A stretch of 64,000 bases of DNA from Sphaerodactylus townsendi (GCF_021028975.2 NC_059429.1:138446001-138510000); one strand, 5' to 3'. Shown: positions 1 to 11,579, counted from the stretch's first letter. A program made the numbers and translations. Notes: generated by a model from the sequence alone, not told the origin.

Positions 1-780
1 TGTCTTGAGGGTTCATTGGGAAAGATGCCCTGAAATCGTGATAGGAGGGCCTGAAAAGCAGGAAGGCCATCGAAGGAGCAGAGGAACGCAACAGCGTGGT
101 CTAACAGGAACGCAACAGCGTGCTCTAATGGCCAAACAAAAAAGAAGGCCCGGGGTGGGAACGTCCCGTCATTCTGCTCCTTTGGAGGCCTCCGCCAGCA
201 GAGTTGGCTACAGTGGCTTGACAGCGTCCCCCCCGGGTGGTGGTTGACAAAGGGCTGCCCAAAGGTTTGGGGGCTGGTGCAGGCGGGAAACCCAGGGAGC
301 CTTCCCACCCTCTTTATTCCACCCTCTTTAATGATCCGCAAGCTGCTCTCCGGCCCCGTAAGAGGCATCAGGTAATAACCAGGCCTGTCCCAGAGCAGTG
401 GGATCGAAAACACCAGGAAGCCTCTCTGGTCATGCAGGTGCTAACCCAGCAAAAAAACCCCTCACTGGCACGAATGCCAGCCTCTCTGCCATCTTCCCTG
501 TTGACATGAACGAGCTCTCCCCAGGATCCCAGCGCACCCTGAGCCTCTTCGATAACCCGCCAGCCGTGAGCCAGCCCAAAGAAAGCCTGTTCCAGCAAGA
601 GGGGTGCTGGGCGTAGCTCCAGCCAGAGTTTCTGGTTCTGGCACCCGGCCACCAAGCCCACCCTTTTGCCCACAGCACAGTCACACACCCCCCACCAAGT
701 CGCCGCCAAAAACACCTCCCCACCGTCGTTCAAGACGCCAGCCACGGCCACCCTTCAGCGAGTGCCCACTGGGGGCCTCC

Positions 781-3700
781 CTAGTTAGAACGGCCTTCCC
801 CACCACCATCCTCATCGTTGTCGTCCTCATCTTCATCATCGCCGTCTTCGTCACCACCGTCTTCGTCTTCGTCACTGCCATCTTCATCTTCTTCATCAAC
901 ATCTTCTTCATCGACATCTTCGTTTTCTTCATCGACATCTTCGTCTTCTTCATCGACATCTTCGTCATGATCATTATCGTTGCTGTTATCTTCATCTTCA
1001 TCCTCATCGTCATTGTCATTCTTGTCAGGAGAATCTACTATTTCCATTTCTGGCAAATTTGGGCTGAACACAGGGGCCAGGTCCGGGACAATTCCCACCT
1101 CTCGGCTGGGGTTCTTCCCAGGTCTCACTTGGGGTTTCTCTGCAGGTGCGGATTTTCCACCTGTGGCCTCGGCACGGGAGCGAGGTGAGGATTCACCCGA
1201 ATCTGTGCAGAAGAGAGAGGAACAGATCCCTGTAAGGCAGAGACAGTCACCCTCTCCTCCACCCACTGCATCCTGTCCCCTCGTGTGTCCGAGGAGCCTG
1301 CTGAGAGCAGTGAAGCCCACCACAGGCCTCTTGGATCCACGCCCATCTCGGCTTGACAAAGTCAGTGGGGATCAGGACCAGATTCCCTTAGGGCCGTGGT
1401 GGCGAACCTTTGGCACTCCAGGTGTTATGGACTACAATTCCCATCAGCCCCTGCCAGCATGGCCAATTGGCTATGCTGGCAAGGGCTGATGGGAATTGTA
1501 GTCCATAACATCTGGAGTCCCAAAGGTTCGCCACCACTGCCTTAGGGAATATCATTAATCTGTCCCTAAGTATGGGGACCTTCCAATTGGCCATGCCAGC
1601 AGGGGCTGATGGGAATTGTAGTCCATTGACATCTGAAGCTCCAGAATTGGACACCTCTGCTTTAGATCCTGCCAGCTTCCGCCCCAAATCCCAGCTCTTT
1701 TCTCTGGGAAAGCTAGTTGACAATGTGGCTACTAAACAACCCCTGATCTTTCTGGAGGACACTTCTACCCTGAATCCATTCTAATCTGGCTTTCTCTCTG
1801 GTCATCGGCTGGAGACAGCTCTGGTCACCCTGGTGGACGGTGTCCAGAGTCACCTGCGATGGGGGCGGGGGGCACTGTTGTTGCTTCTTGCTTTGACAGC
1901 CCCACTCGACCAGGGCATTTTGACCAGCCCCCTTGCGTGGGGATTTGTGGGTCAGCCTTGCAGTGGTGGTGCCCCTTCTCTGAGGTCGGGGACCGAAGGT
2001 TGCAATTGGTGAGAGAACTTCCACGCTCCAGCTGTTGGTTTGCGGAGTCCCACGGGGGCAATTCTCTCACCAATATTATTTAATATCTTTACGCCAGGCT
2101 GATCCAGAAGTTTGGGCTGATGACACCCAACTGTATGTGCTGATGAATGGTCATCCTGACTGTGCCCCAGATGTTCGGCCACTTGTCTGNNNNNNNNNNN
2201 NNNNNNNNNNNNNNNNNNNNNNNNNNNNNNNNNNNNNNNNNNNNNNNNNNNNNNNNNNNNNNNNNNNNNNNNNNNNNNNNNNNNNNNNNNNNNNNNNNNN
2301 NNNNNNNNNNNNNNNNNNNNNNNNNNNNNNNNNNNNNNNNNNNNNNNNNNNNNNNNNNNNNNNNNNNNNNNNNNNNNNNNNNNNNNNNNNNNNNNNNNNN
2401 NNNNNNNNNNNNNNNNNNNNNNNNNNNNNNNNNNNNNNNNNNNNNNNNNNNNNNNNNNNNNNNNNNNNNNNNNNNNNNNNNNNNNNNNNNNNNNNNNNNN
2501 NNNNNNNNNNNNNNNNNNNNNNNNNNNNNNNNNNNCCCCTTTCTCTCCTGCAGGAGACTCGAAGGGGCTGACAATCTCCTTGCCCTCCCCCCCTCACAAC
2601 AAACACTCTGTGAGGTAGGTGGGGCTGAGAGAGCTCCGAGAAGCTGTGACTAGCCCAAGGTCACCCAGCTGGCATGTGTGGGAGTGCCCAGGCTAATCTG
2701 AATTCCCCAGAAAAGCCTCCACAGCTCAGGCGGCAGAGCTGGGAATCAAACCCGGTTCCTCCAGATTAGAATGCACCTGCTCTTAACCTCCTACGCCACT
2801 GCTGCTCAATTGAAGCTAAAACTGGGGGACACGGAGGTTCTGTGGCTGGGACAGGGATGGGGGGGGAACAGAGGTGCCAACGGTAGACGCTGTTTAGTTG
2901 AATGCTGCGCCAATCATAAAGAGGTTAGGGATGCTCCTTGATGCCTCTTTATCAGTGAAGGTTCTAGTGCCTCACCTGGCCTTTTGCCACTCACTCTATG
3001 CCAGTGGTGGCGAACCTTTGGCACTCCAGCTGTTATGGACTACAATTCCCATCAGCCCCTGCCAGCATGGCCAATTGGCCATGCTGGCAGGGGCTGATGG
3101 GAATTGTAGTCCATAACAGCTGGAGTGCCAATGCTCTATACAGTGGTACCCTTTGGCCGGCTCCAGAAACTCCAGCCAGCGCAAAATGTGCCGGCATGGG
3201 TCCTTACAGGGACCCCCCGGGGAGTGTATATTCAACTCGTGTTTCACCAGCTGCGTTGGGTCCATGTGGAATACCGGATCAAGTTCAAGGTTTTGGGATT
3301 GACTTTTGAAGCCTTAAAAAGTCTGAGGCTGGTGTACCTATGCAACGGCCTTTTCCGGTATGTCCCTCAAAGATCATGACAATCAGTGAGTGAAAATCTG
3401 CTGGTGATCCCTGGCCCGAGAGAGGTCCAGCTAGCTGCAACCAGGGCCAGGGCCTTTTCAGTCCTGGCCCCCACCTTGTGGGTCGCTCTATCTGAGGAGA
3501 CTGGGGCCTGGAGGGATCTAATGCAATTCCATACAGCCTGTCAGACACAGCTGTTCCACCGAGCGAGCATATGGTTGAAGCACGCACCTATAGTATTTCC
3601 ATCACTGGGCTAAGAAATGGCAAATGCAGTTCAATGTAGCAAAATGTAAAGTGATGCACGTAGGGGCAAAAAATCCAAACTTCACATACACGCTACAGGG

Positions 3701-6700
3701 GTCAGTGCTATTAGTCACAGATCAGGAAAGGGATTTGGGCGTCTTAGTTGATAGTTCCATGGGAATGTCAACTCAATGAGTGGTGGCAGCTGTGAAAAAA
3801 GGCAGAAAACTCTATGCTGGGGATCATTAGGAAAAGGAGTTGATAATAAAACTGCAAGGATTGTCATTGCCCTTATATATAAAACGTGATGAATGCTGAC
3901 CACACTTGCCAGGTACTATGTGTTCAGTTCTGGCTCCACGCATCTCAAAAAAAAGGATATTGAAGAAGATAGAAAAAGAAAAAAGAGGTGCAGAGAAGAG
4001 GGCAACGAAAATGATTGAAGGATTGGAGCACCTTCCTTATGAGGAGGAGGCTGCAGCGTTTGGGACTCTTTAGTTTGGAGAGGAGTCGCCTGAGGGGAGG
4101 GATACATCGTGCCGAAGTTTCTCCATAAAATTATGCATGGGGTAGAAAATGTTGACAGAGAGAATTTTTCTCTCTTTCTCACAATCACTAGAACCAGGGG
4201 CATTCACATTAAAATGCTGGTGGGAATAAATTTAGGACTAAATAAAAGCGAATGCTCACTTCTTCATGCTTACAGCGTGTGATTGAGGTGTTTGGAATAT
4301 GCATGCCGCATGGGAGGGTGGTGATGGCAAATGCACCAATCTGGATAGCTCTTTGGGGTGCTGGGCTTCGGACAGATTTATGGAGGAGAAGTCGATCTCT
4401 CGGCTACCAACTGATCCTCCCTTGATCTCCGCGATCAGAGGTTGCAAAATGCTCTTAACTGTGCTCAGGTGATCTCGAGCAGCAGCAGCCTTGCTTAGAA
4501 GGCCATGGCGCCAATTCACTCCTGCATGTGAACTCCCTAAGGCACCTGGTGGGCCACTGCGAGTAGCAGAGAGCTGGACTAGATGGACTCTGGTCTGATC
4601 CAGCTGGCTTGTTCTTATGTTCTTATGAGATTGTGAGCCTCCTTGAGTCTCCTTACAGGAGAGAAAAGGTGGGGTATAAATTAATTCATTTGGTGGGCGG
4701 GAGAGAAACATATTGGCTGGTTTCCAGGACCTGAAGTGGGATCCTGAAAGTTTTATTTCTGTTGTCACCACCTTTAGAAAGTAGAATTAGTATGGTGGTG
4801 AAAATTTTAACGTTTTAAATTGCTTGCTCTACTTTATGGAATTTATACTGTATTTTTATTATGCTCATTAGCTGCCCTGTATTGTCTGGCTTCGGCTGGG
4901 AAAGGCTGGAGATAGCAAACCCTGAACCTACAGGGATCATTATATTTATTTATATCTCTGTCCTGGTGACCAGTTCCAGAGGTGGTTCAAGGTTTCCTGC
5001 GTTCTGTCAGCCTGGCCCTGATCCCTGAAAGTCTCCTCTTGTTTGGAAATGCACACTGACCTGCAAGATCCGTCTGCCCTCTCCAGACACCACCCAGGCA
5101 ACCCTGGGCCTCTAGTCCTCCTTCCAGACTCTGCCGTTTTGTTCTTGCTTTCTTAAAGCTTGATTCTGTTTCTTTCTCACTCTCTACAAGACTTATGATT
5201 AAAGTTATGCACTTCACAAGATTTCAGGGAGGAAAAGGGGGGACTGAAGGGAGAGCTGTTGGAAGTACAGTGCCTGGCCTACAAACCAATTGAGGAGAAA
5301 ACCCAGCGGGGAGTGGGCAAGAAGAAGAAGAAGAAGAAGAAGAGTTTGGATTTCTATCCCCCCTTTCTCTCCTGTAAGGAGACTCAAAGGGCTGACAATC
5401 TCCTCTTGCCCCTTCCCCCTCACAACAAACACCCTGTGAGGTGGGTGGGGAGACTGAGAGAGCTCCGAGAAGCTGGGACTAGCCCAAGGTCACCCAGCTG
5501 GCGTGTGTGGGAGTGCCCAGGTTAATGTGAAATCCCCAGATAAGCCTCCACAGCTCGAGCGGCAGAGCTGGGAATCAAACCCGGTTCCTCCAGATTAGAA
5601 ACATGAGCTCGTAACCTCCTATGCCACTGCTGCTCCAAGGAGTGGCCAGCTGGAGAGGGCAGCAAGGGCAGTGACCCCTACCCCCACCCCGTTCTTTTAT
5701 GTCGCGTCATGTCTGACCTTAGACTGATACTCTCAGGTTTGATTTCCTCATCCTTCTTGGAAGACGGGTGCTCCTTCTCTTCCAGAAAGAAGCCAGGTAG
5801 CTGCAGGTTATCTCTGCCCCTCCTCTTTCCTGTTTGAAACGCAGTTCCCTAATAAACATTTAACCTTATCTTTCATCAGCGAGTCTGCTGCCTCCCTGTG
5901 TCATTAGCTCTCTCTGCCAACAAGAGCGCCTGACCCTGGATTGGAACCTGGTTTTGCAGGTTCTTCTGTATCAGAGACACATACACGGGGACCCCTGTGG
6001 CTCTTCTGAGCATGTTCCCCAACATGGGTCGCACGCGGGGTCTGCCCGTGTTTCAGGAACGCATTAAGGCAAAGGCTGCCTGCACGGGTAGGCCTTTGGT
6101 GGCCTCAATGGGCAGAGTGGGCGATCGAGAAATGGCGCATGGGGCAAGACCCTCTGCACCCCACTTACCTTAGCTGGTGGCAGCCTGTTGGGGCTGGGCC
6201 TGGCAGGGCCGGGCTAAGGGGTGTGTGGTGGGCCTGTGGCCCAGCCTCACCAGGGTGCTCCTTCAACCAGCGGAGCCGCCACTGGCTGAAGGAGCAACCT
6301 GTCAGGCCATGCAGGCAATGAATGAGGGGGAAGGAGGAGGGGTGGGGTGATTTTCCACTCCCCCACGTGACTAAATGGCCGGCACCTGGGGACATTATTA
6401 TTNNNNNNNNNNNNNNNNNNNNNNNNNNNNNNNNNNNNNNNNNNNNNNNNNNNNNNNNNNNNNNNNNNNNNNNNNNNNNNNNNNNNNNNNNNNNNNNNNN
6501 NNNNNNNNNNNNNNNNNNNNNNNNNNNNNNNNNNNNNNNNNNNNNNNNNNNNNNNNNNNNNNNNNNNNNNNNNNNNNNNNNNNNNNNNNNNNNNNNNNNN
6601 NNNNNNNNNNNNNNNNNNNNNNNNNNNNNNNNNNNNNNNNNNNNNNNNNATTAATTAATATGCCGCCCCATCCCTGAAGGGCTCTGGGCTGATATGCAAC

Positions 6701-9700
6701 ACTCTGGCAAACCATAAAACCAAAGTCATAAATACAATTAAAAACAGCAGTTGCTTCCCTAGGAAAGGCATCTCACAAAACCCTCATTTAACTTTAACTC
6801 AACCCAATCCTCCAAGCATGAGGGGGACAGTGGGTTCCCGAAGGATAGCTGAGAACCCGCTGGAATGGGGGAGGAACATTCAGCCAGCTGGCCTCTCCAA
6901 AGGCCCGGTGGAACAACTCAGTCTTACAGGCCCTGCGGAAATTGCCAAGGTCCCTCAGGGCCCGGACAGCTGGAGGAAGAGTGTGACCCCACATGTCCCC
7001 GTGGTCGGTACGTCCCTGCTGACAGGCAATGCCCATCTTGAAACAGACAACTCCTGCCAGGGGACTGGGGGATCCGAGGTCCTTCCTCAGCTGCAGACCT
7101 CACGGCTGGTAAGTGTGGCTCTTTTTGTTGGTGGTAATTGTGAATGTTGCTCTCTGGGAACTGCAGAGGCAGTGTGGCCTAGTGGTGTAAGTCACTTTGA
7201 GTCCCCACTGGGGGAAAAGATGATGGGGAATAAGGAAAGCAAGCAAACAAACCAATCCCTGCTGTATGTGGTCCCAGTGAACTTTTCCTTTTTCGAATGA
7301 CGGGTTGGCTTGACTGGTTTTTGGGGCTGACGCATAACCCCACGGACTCATTCTTGGGAATCAGCCCCATTCAGAAGATTTAAGTTGGATTCTGAGTCGG
7401 CTTGCTTAGGACTGAAACCAGAGGTGGGATCCAGCAGGTTCTCACCAGTTCCCGAGAGTGGGTTACTAATTATTTGCTTGTGCCAAGAGGGGCTAATAAT
7501 TGGTCTGCTTTTCACGTTAGAAATTCCATTAGGTCCAAAAAAATCACAGAAAAGTCCTGTTGTTGTTTCCTATATGTCGGCTGGTTAGCTTAAGGTAGAA
7601 AAGCGGGATCATTCTCCCCTGCTGGGCTGTTTTAAAAAACATGTTTTAGAAATATGGTAAAGTTCCTTGTTTAGGAAGCAGTATCCTCCTTTGGATTTGT
7701 AAGAAACAACAAAATTAAGTATTTGAAAGTATTAAAGTATTTGACAGGCAGTCAATTAGAGGAGGAAGTAGTTGTTTCTGTAAGCAGTAGATACAATAGG
7801 ACTTTGCTGCTACAATGAGTTTGGGTAAATTATGGACAGAAAGATACCTCGTGCTGGAAATTGGGAACTTTTTTTTACAGTAAGAGTTTTTTACAGTAAC
7901 AGAGAAAGTATTAATGCCCACCCATCGAACAAATGCCGGCCACGCTCCCTTTAGTTCCAGCCCAGCTAATTGGCTTCTACGCCACTGTTTGAATCCCACC
8001 ACCATGGGAACCTGTTAGCTAAGAATTTTTGGATCCCACCTCCTCGTTACCAGCAGGAAAAAAATAGGAAAAATATTTTCCCTGAATGGCTCTGCCACCG
8101 AACTACCACTGGCTAAGGATCAAGAGCAAAGAAGACCAGTGTTGGGTCCAAAAGCCTCCACAAGTCCTAGAAAGAACATGTATATACACAAAATGTGCTA
8201 TTTCACATGGTTTCCTTCTTTGCCTTCTTTTCCCTTTTAAGGTTTAATGTAAGCCCCTCAGTGTTGGATTTATTATTTGCCAAATGTTTAGGATTATAAC
8301 TTTAGTTAGGTTCTTCAGTTAGTTTAAGGTTTGTTATTGTTAGATTCTAAGAAAGCCATGCCAATAAGTATCTGTAAAAGTCTTGCCCATAAGTATAAAG
8401 TACATGTGTTTATCCCTTACTAACGTTTCCCCTTAACGTTTAAGTTTAGAAAATGTTATTTTTTTGAAATTTGTGTGTCTGATGGCCAAAGCAGTGGCCA
8501 GAAAGGTTGATATTAAAGGGACAAGGAAACTAGTCCTGGAATTACAGTTTTGGACCAACACCCAGGTAATCCCATCTTCACCAACAAAAAGGACCTTTTG
8601 ACTAACAAAAAAAGGATGTCACCCTTGTTTCGCTATTGGACTGTTTGAAGTTTTACTCCTCAGGATCCAGAAGCTCATTGGACTATTGACGTTTCCAATT
8701 CTAGGATCTCAAGACCCATTGGACTATTGAAGTTTCCACTTCTAGGATCTCAAGATTCATTGGCAGCCTTTTCTTTTGGGACTTAATCCCATCAACAAAA
8801 ACAAAAGACTGTCTTCCTCCTCTTTGTTTTAAATTGTCTGTATTATGTGGCAGGGGACTGCCCCCTTCCTCCTCTGATCAGGTGAAAAACTGTATAAAAA
8901 GGGCTGTGTTTCGTTCTGTACTGGGCAGTCTGGCCTGGAAAGAGCTTGAAATCACAATAAAGAACCTCTGCTCTGAAGGCAGCCTGCCTCTGCATCCACT
9001 CACTGCTGCCAAAGCTGAAATCACTCTGAAATCACTATCGCTCATTGCTGACAAAGCTGAAATCACTCTGAAATCACTTTCTAGTTACCCCTGGCTGTGG
9101 GTAACACCACCACTGACTGAAACTGATATGAAAGTTCAACATGTTCCCGATAACAACCAGGAATAATTCTAGTGGCACAAACACTAATCCCAGGACTGAA
9201 ACCAAAATGGGCCTGCAGGGGATGGGACAGAAAGGGCTGGCTTGGGACTTCTAGGGGCCCTTCGAAGACTGTTTTATTTGGTTATGTTTACTCGCTGTCC
9301 TGAGTTGTGATTCACCATTTTGTTTCTAATGTGCTTCATGTATTTTATTCTACGTGTTTTATCTGTGTTTACAATCCACCGTGAGCTCCACCGGGAAGCA
9401 AAGCAGCTATTAAAGGAAGGAAGGAACCGGAGTTTCTTGCAGCTGAAAGAGGCTCTGTGAGAATCAGCTGCCCGTGTCAAAATAACAGAGGTCATTGCCC
9501 CAGGCGTGAGAAACCTCAAAAGTCACACGTGGACCAATTGTGGCACTGCCTTGCTTCTCTAGCTGCCTCTCCCCCTTCCCAGAGGTTGGCACACGCCTGG
9601 CACAGAGCTGCTGCCAGTGGGAGAGTCTCATAGTCTGTTCTGGCAAATGGCCGTGCCCGTGCCAATCAGCCGTTAATGAAACTGACTAATGGACCGTGAT

Positions 9701-11579
9701 CGCCCTTCGTCTGCCCCTTTGCTTAAGAGCAGGCCCATTGCTGTGTGGCCTGGACAGCGGAGGGAGGTCTTTCTGATCAGGGCCAAGAAGAATCTTGCTA
9801 GATCAGACCTGCGAGGGACCGCTTAGTGCAGCACCAGGTCTCTCTCTGTGGCCAACCAGTTATCTGTGGTGGCGAACCTGTGGCACTCCAGATGTTCATG
9901 GACTACAATTCCCAATCAGCCAATTGGCCATGCTGGCAGGGGCTGATGGGAATTGTAGTGCATGAACATCTGGAGTGCCACAGGTTCGCCACCAAGTTTC
10001 TGCAGCAGGGAATCAAGGCCTTCCCAGCCCTGGGAGGCAAAGGTTTGCTGCCTCTGAGCATGGAGGATCCTCTGAAGATGGCAGCCACAGATGCAGGTGA
10101 AACGTCAGGAGAGAATGCTGCTAGATTACAGGGGTAGGGAACCTGCGGCTCTCCAGATGTTCAGGAACTACAATTCCCATCAGCCCCTGCCAGCATGGGC
10201 AATTGGCCATGCTGATAGGGGCTGATGGGAATTGTAGTTCCTGAACATCTGGAGAGCCGCAGGTTCCCTACCCCTGTGCTAGAACATGGCCAGACAGCCC
10301 CAGGAAACCCCATTGACCCTTCAGGAGGCTCCCTTTGCTCACCCTGTTTACTCAGCCATTCAGGGACCTCTTCTCCGTGATCTGTCTGATCCCCTTTTAT
10401 CTGTTTGATTGCTAGCTAGTGCCCCCTTTCCCCATCAGTGGGCTTTTAACCCTCTCTCTGCCTGTGATAAGTTTTGCCTTGCACTCTCTTGTTTTGTGCA
10501 GCAGACACTTGAGGTTTCCTAAAAACGGGAAATGCAAGAGAGCATTTGTATGTGCCCCTTTGGGGCACTCAGCTCCTGGCCACAGGCCTCAAGGGCCGCC
10601 ACGCTCTGCCTAGGGATGGGGGGGGCCTCTTACGCTCTTGAGACTGCGGCTGACGGAGAGCCCAGCAACCTGAGGAGCCGGCTTCCCTTTCTGTCCTGGG
10701 CATGATGCTTCTCACTTGCATTCATTCCCAGTTTAATTTCCCAGGTGATTCTTGGCAGCAGCGGCATAGGAGATTAAGAGCTCATGTATCTAATCAGGAG
10801 GAACCAGGTTTGATTCCCCGCTCTGCCGCCTGAGCTGTGGAGGCTTGTCTGGGGAATTCAGATTAGCCTGTGCACTCCCACACACGCCAGCTGGGTGACC
10901 TTGGGCTAGTCACAGCTTCTCGGAGCTCTCTCAGCCCCATCCACCTCACAGGGTGTTTGTTGTGAGGGGGGAAGGGCAAGGAGATTGTCAGCCCCTTTGA
11001 GTCTCCTGCAGGAGAGAAAGGGGGGATATAAATCCAAACTCTTCTTCTTCTTCTCTGTGCAGGTAAAGGGGCACTGCTTGGCAATGTTTATTTCCTCTAC
11101 CCAAAGAGGCTCATCTTGCCCACAGCATCGAGGAATGGCCGTCTTCTCTATAGCTGCTTTTGCATGCAGATATTCTGCAGGTGAAGCATGCCGAGAGGAG
11201 AACAGCCTGTTGCGTTTCTGCCTGCTGTAGAATGAGCGTGACCAGCTCCACCAGACGGTCTTCTCGGGGCAGAAGCGGAGCTGCGCGGGCACCTCTGACC
11301 TCCCGTTCCTGCCCCTCTTCCCCCCTCCCGCTCCAGATCTGGGCCCTGGCAAGAGCTGCCCCTCTCATCCCCTCCTCCTCCTCCTCAGGAGACCCCATCT
11401 GCGCCCTGCCGTTAAGGACAAACACCTTCCTCTCTGCCTGGCGGGGCTGGTGCCGGCCCTGCTTCCCGACCCACCAGAGCCCCGTCCAGATCCTGCCTCT
11501 CCTCACCTTTGGCTGGGGCAGCCAGCAGCTCGGCCCAGAGGGCAGACGACACCAGGACGAGGAAGAGGCACTTCTTCAT
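781..11579 (-). CDS. Putative multi-exon secreted protein with WFDC/Kunitz-type signal peptide and Asp/Glu-rich region (uncharacterised; model partly tentative)
   Basis: Exon 1 11579-11507 encodes MKKCLFLVLVSSALWAELLAAPAK+G|gtgagg, with GCCGCCATG Kozak context. Downstream AG/GT-bounded phase-1 exons: 10518-10343 (needs +1 nt), 9749-9687, 7160-7104, 6298-6251 (or to 6169), ~5965-5690 (frameshifted), 5183-5061 (SEKETESSFKKARTKRQSLEGG...) and 1202-804 (or to TAG at 781; acidic tract). Minus-strand AATAAA at 313-318. The syntenic position matches the WFDC cluster next to DNTTIP1. Confidence 0.6.
808..1026 (-). repeat. Coding-type acidic low-complexity tract (GAT/GAC/GAA codons; imperfect 21-nt DVDEEDE units)
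   Basis: Translates to DKNDNDDEDEDEDNSNDNDHDEDVDEEDEDVDEENEDVDEEDVDEEDEDGSDEDEDGGDEDGDDEDEDDNDED. Third-position variation keeps D/E, unlike a pure microsatellite. Confidence 0.85.
1393..1539. mobile_element. Palindromic hAT-type MITE (~147 bp)
   Basis: Near-perfect hairpin centred on GGCCAATTGG, flanked by a CCTTAGG-containing duplication. Related copies at ~3002-3130, 9864-9993, 10129-10276, 15337-15429, 25459-25604, 31793-31900, 40160-40417, 48957-49104, 56131-56268, 60930-61000, 61618-61750 and 61938-62044. Confidence 0.85.
2190..2535. other. Assembly gap (N run); further gaps at 6403-6649 and 19634-19804
   Basis: Runs of N. Confidence 1.
2536..2808 (-). mobile_element. tRNA-derived squamate SINE (Squam3/CORE-like family)
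   Basis: Shared body (..gggctagtcacagcttctcggagctctctcagccccacc..) and tail ggggatataaatccaaac(tct)n. Further copies at ~5321-5636(-), 10757-11053(+), 19068-19363(-), 23180-23531(+), 31097-31397(+), 39358-39582(+), 41140-41436(-), 42135-42430(+), 52842-53067(+), 53060-53310(-), 53670-53860(+), 53862-54150(-), 55602-55868(+), 59830-59935(-) and 60064-60360(-). Confidence 0.85.
3590..4627 (+). mobile_element. CR1 LINE 3' fragment
   Basis: WQMQFNV.KCKVMH, ERDLGVLVD and [13 protein letters not shown]-like remnants; 3' tail (gttcttat)n. Confidence 0.85.
7419..9115. mobile_element. Non-autonomous hAT element carrying a nested solo LTR
   Basis: Termini CAGAGGTGGG.../...CCACCACTG with 8-bp TSD ACTGAAAC (7411-7418, 9116-9123). 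Confidence 0.8.
8045..9106 (+). mobile_element. Solo ERV-like LTR inserted in the right TIR of the hAT element
   Basis: Begins (c)GTTACC and ends GGTAACA; TATAAAA at ~8893; AATAAA at ~8955; short internal tandem repeats; CCACC on both sides. Confidence 0.7.
10066..10310 (+). mobile_element. Penelope-like pLTR fragment with minimal hammerhead ribozyme motif, split by a MITE
   Basis: TCCT-CTGAAGA(10072-10078)-stem II-GAAAC-GTC-AGGA; the element resumes after the MITE (10129-10276). Confidence 0.7.

Larger units (their letters stand above)
1640..3590 (+). mobile_element. Degenerate L2-like LINE (RT and 3' region), interrupted by an N gap, a SINE and a MITE
   Basis: RT-like remnants (D.SAAFD-like, GVPRG.., ADDTQLY) and L2 tail peptides ([36 protein letters not shown]). 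Confidence 0.7.

Noticed and set aside
604-1188. Plus-strand ORF with a long hydrophobic I/V/F run resembling a membrane protein
   Set aside because: It is the reverse complement of the GAT/GAC/GAA acidic tract; the splice signals support the minus strand.
1393-1640. Recurring palindromic repeats as a CRISPR array or prokaryotic system
   Set aside because: They are dispersed MITEs with 8-bp TSDs in a vertebrate genome; no repeat-spacer periodicity and no cas genes.
2035-2653. ORFs containing long X runs (also ~6322-6715 and 19417-19867)
   Set aside because: Artefacts of reading through N gaps.
10757-10830. tRNA-like A/B box sequences
   Set aside because: These are heads of tRNA-derived SINEs with no complete cloverleaf; not tRNA genes.
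10906-11506. Cys-containing minus-strand ORFs just after the signal exon as a possible WAP domain
   Set aside because: Cys spacing does not fit WAP or Kunitz, there is no good acceptor, and one ORF runs into a SINE; treated as intron 1.
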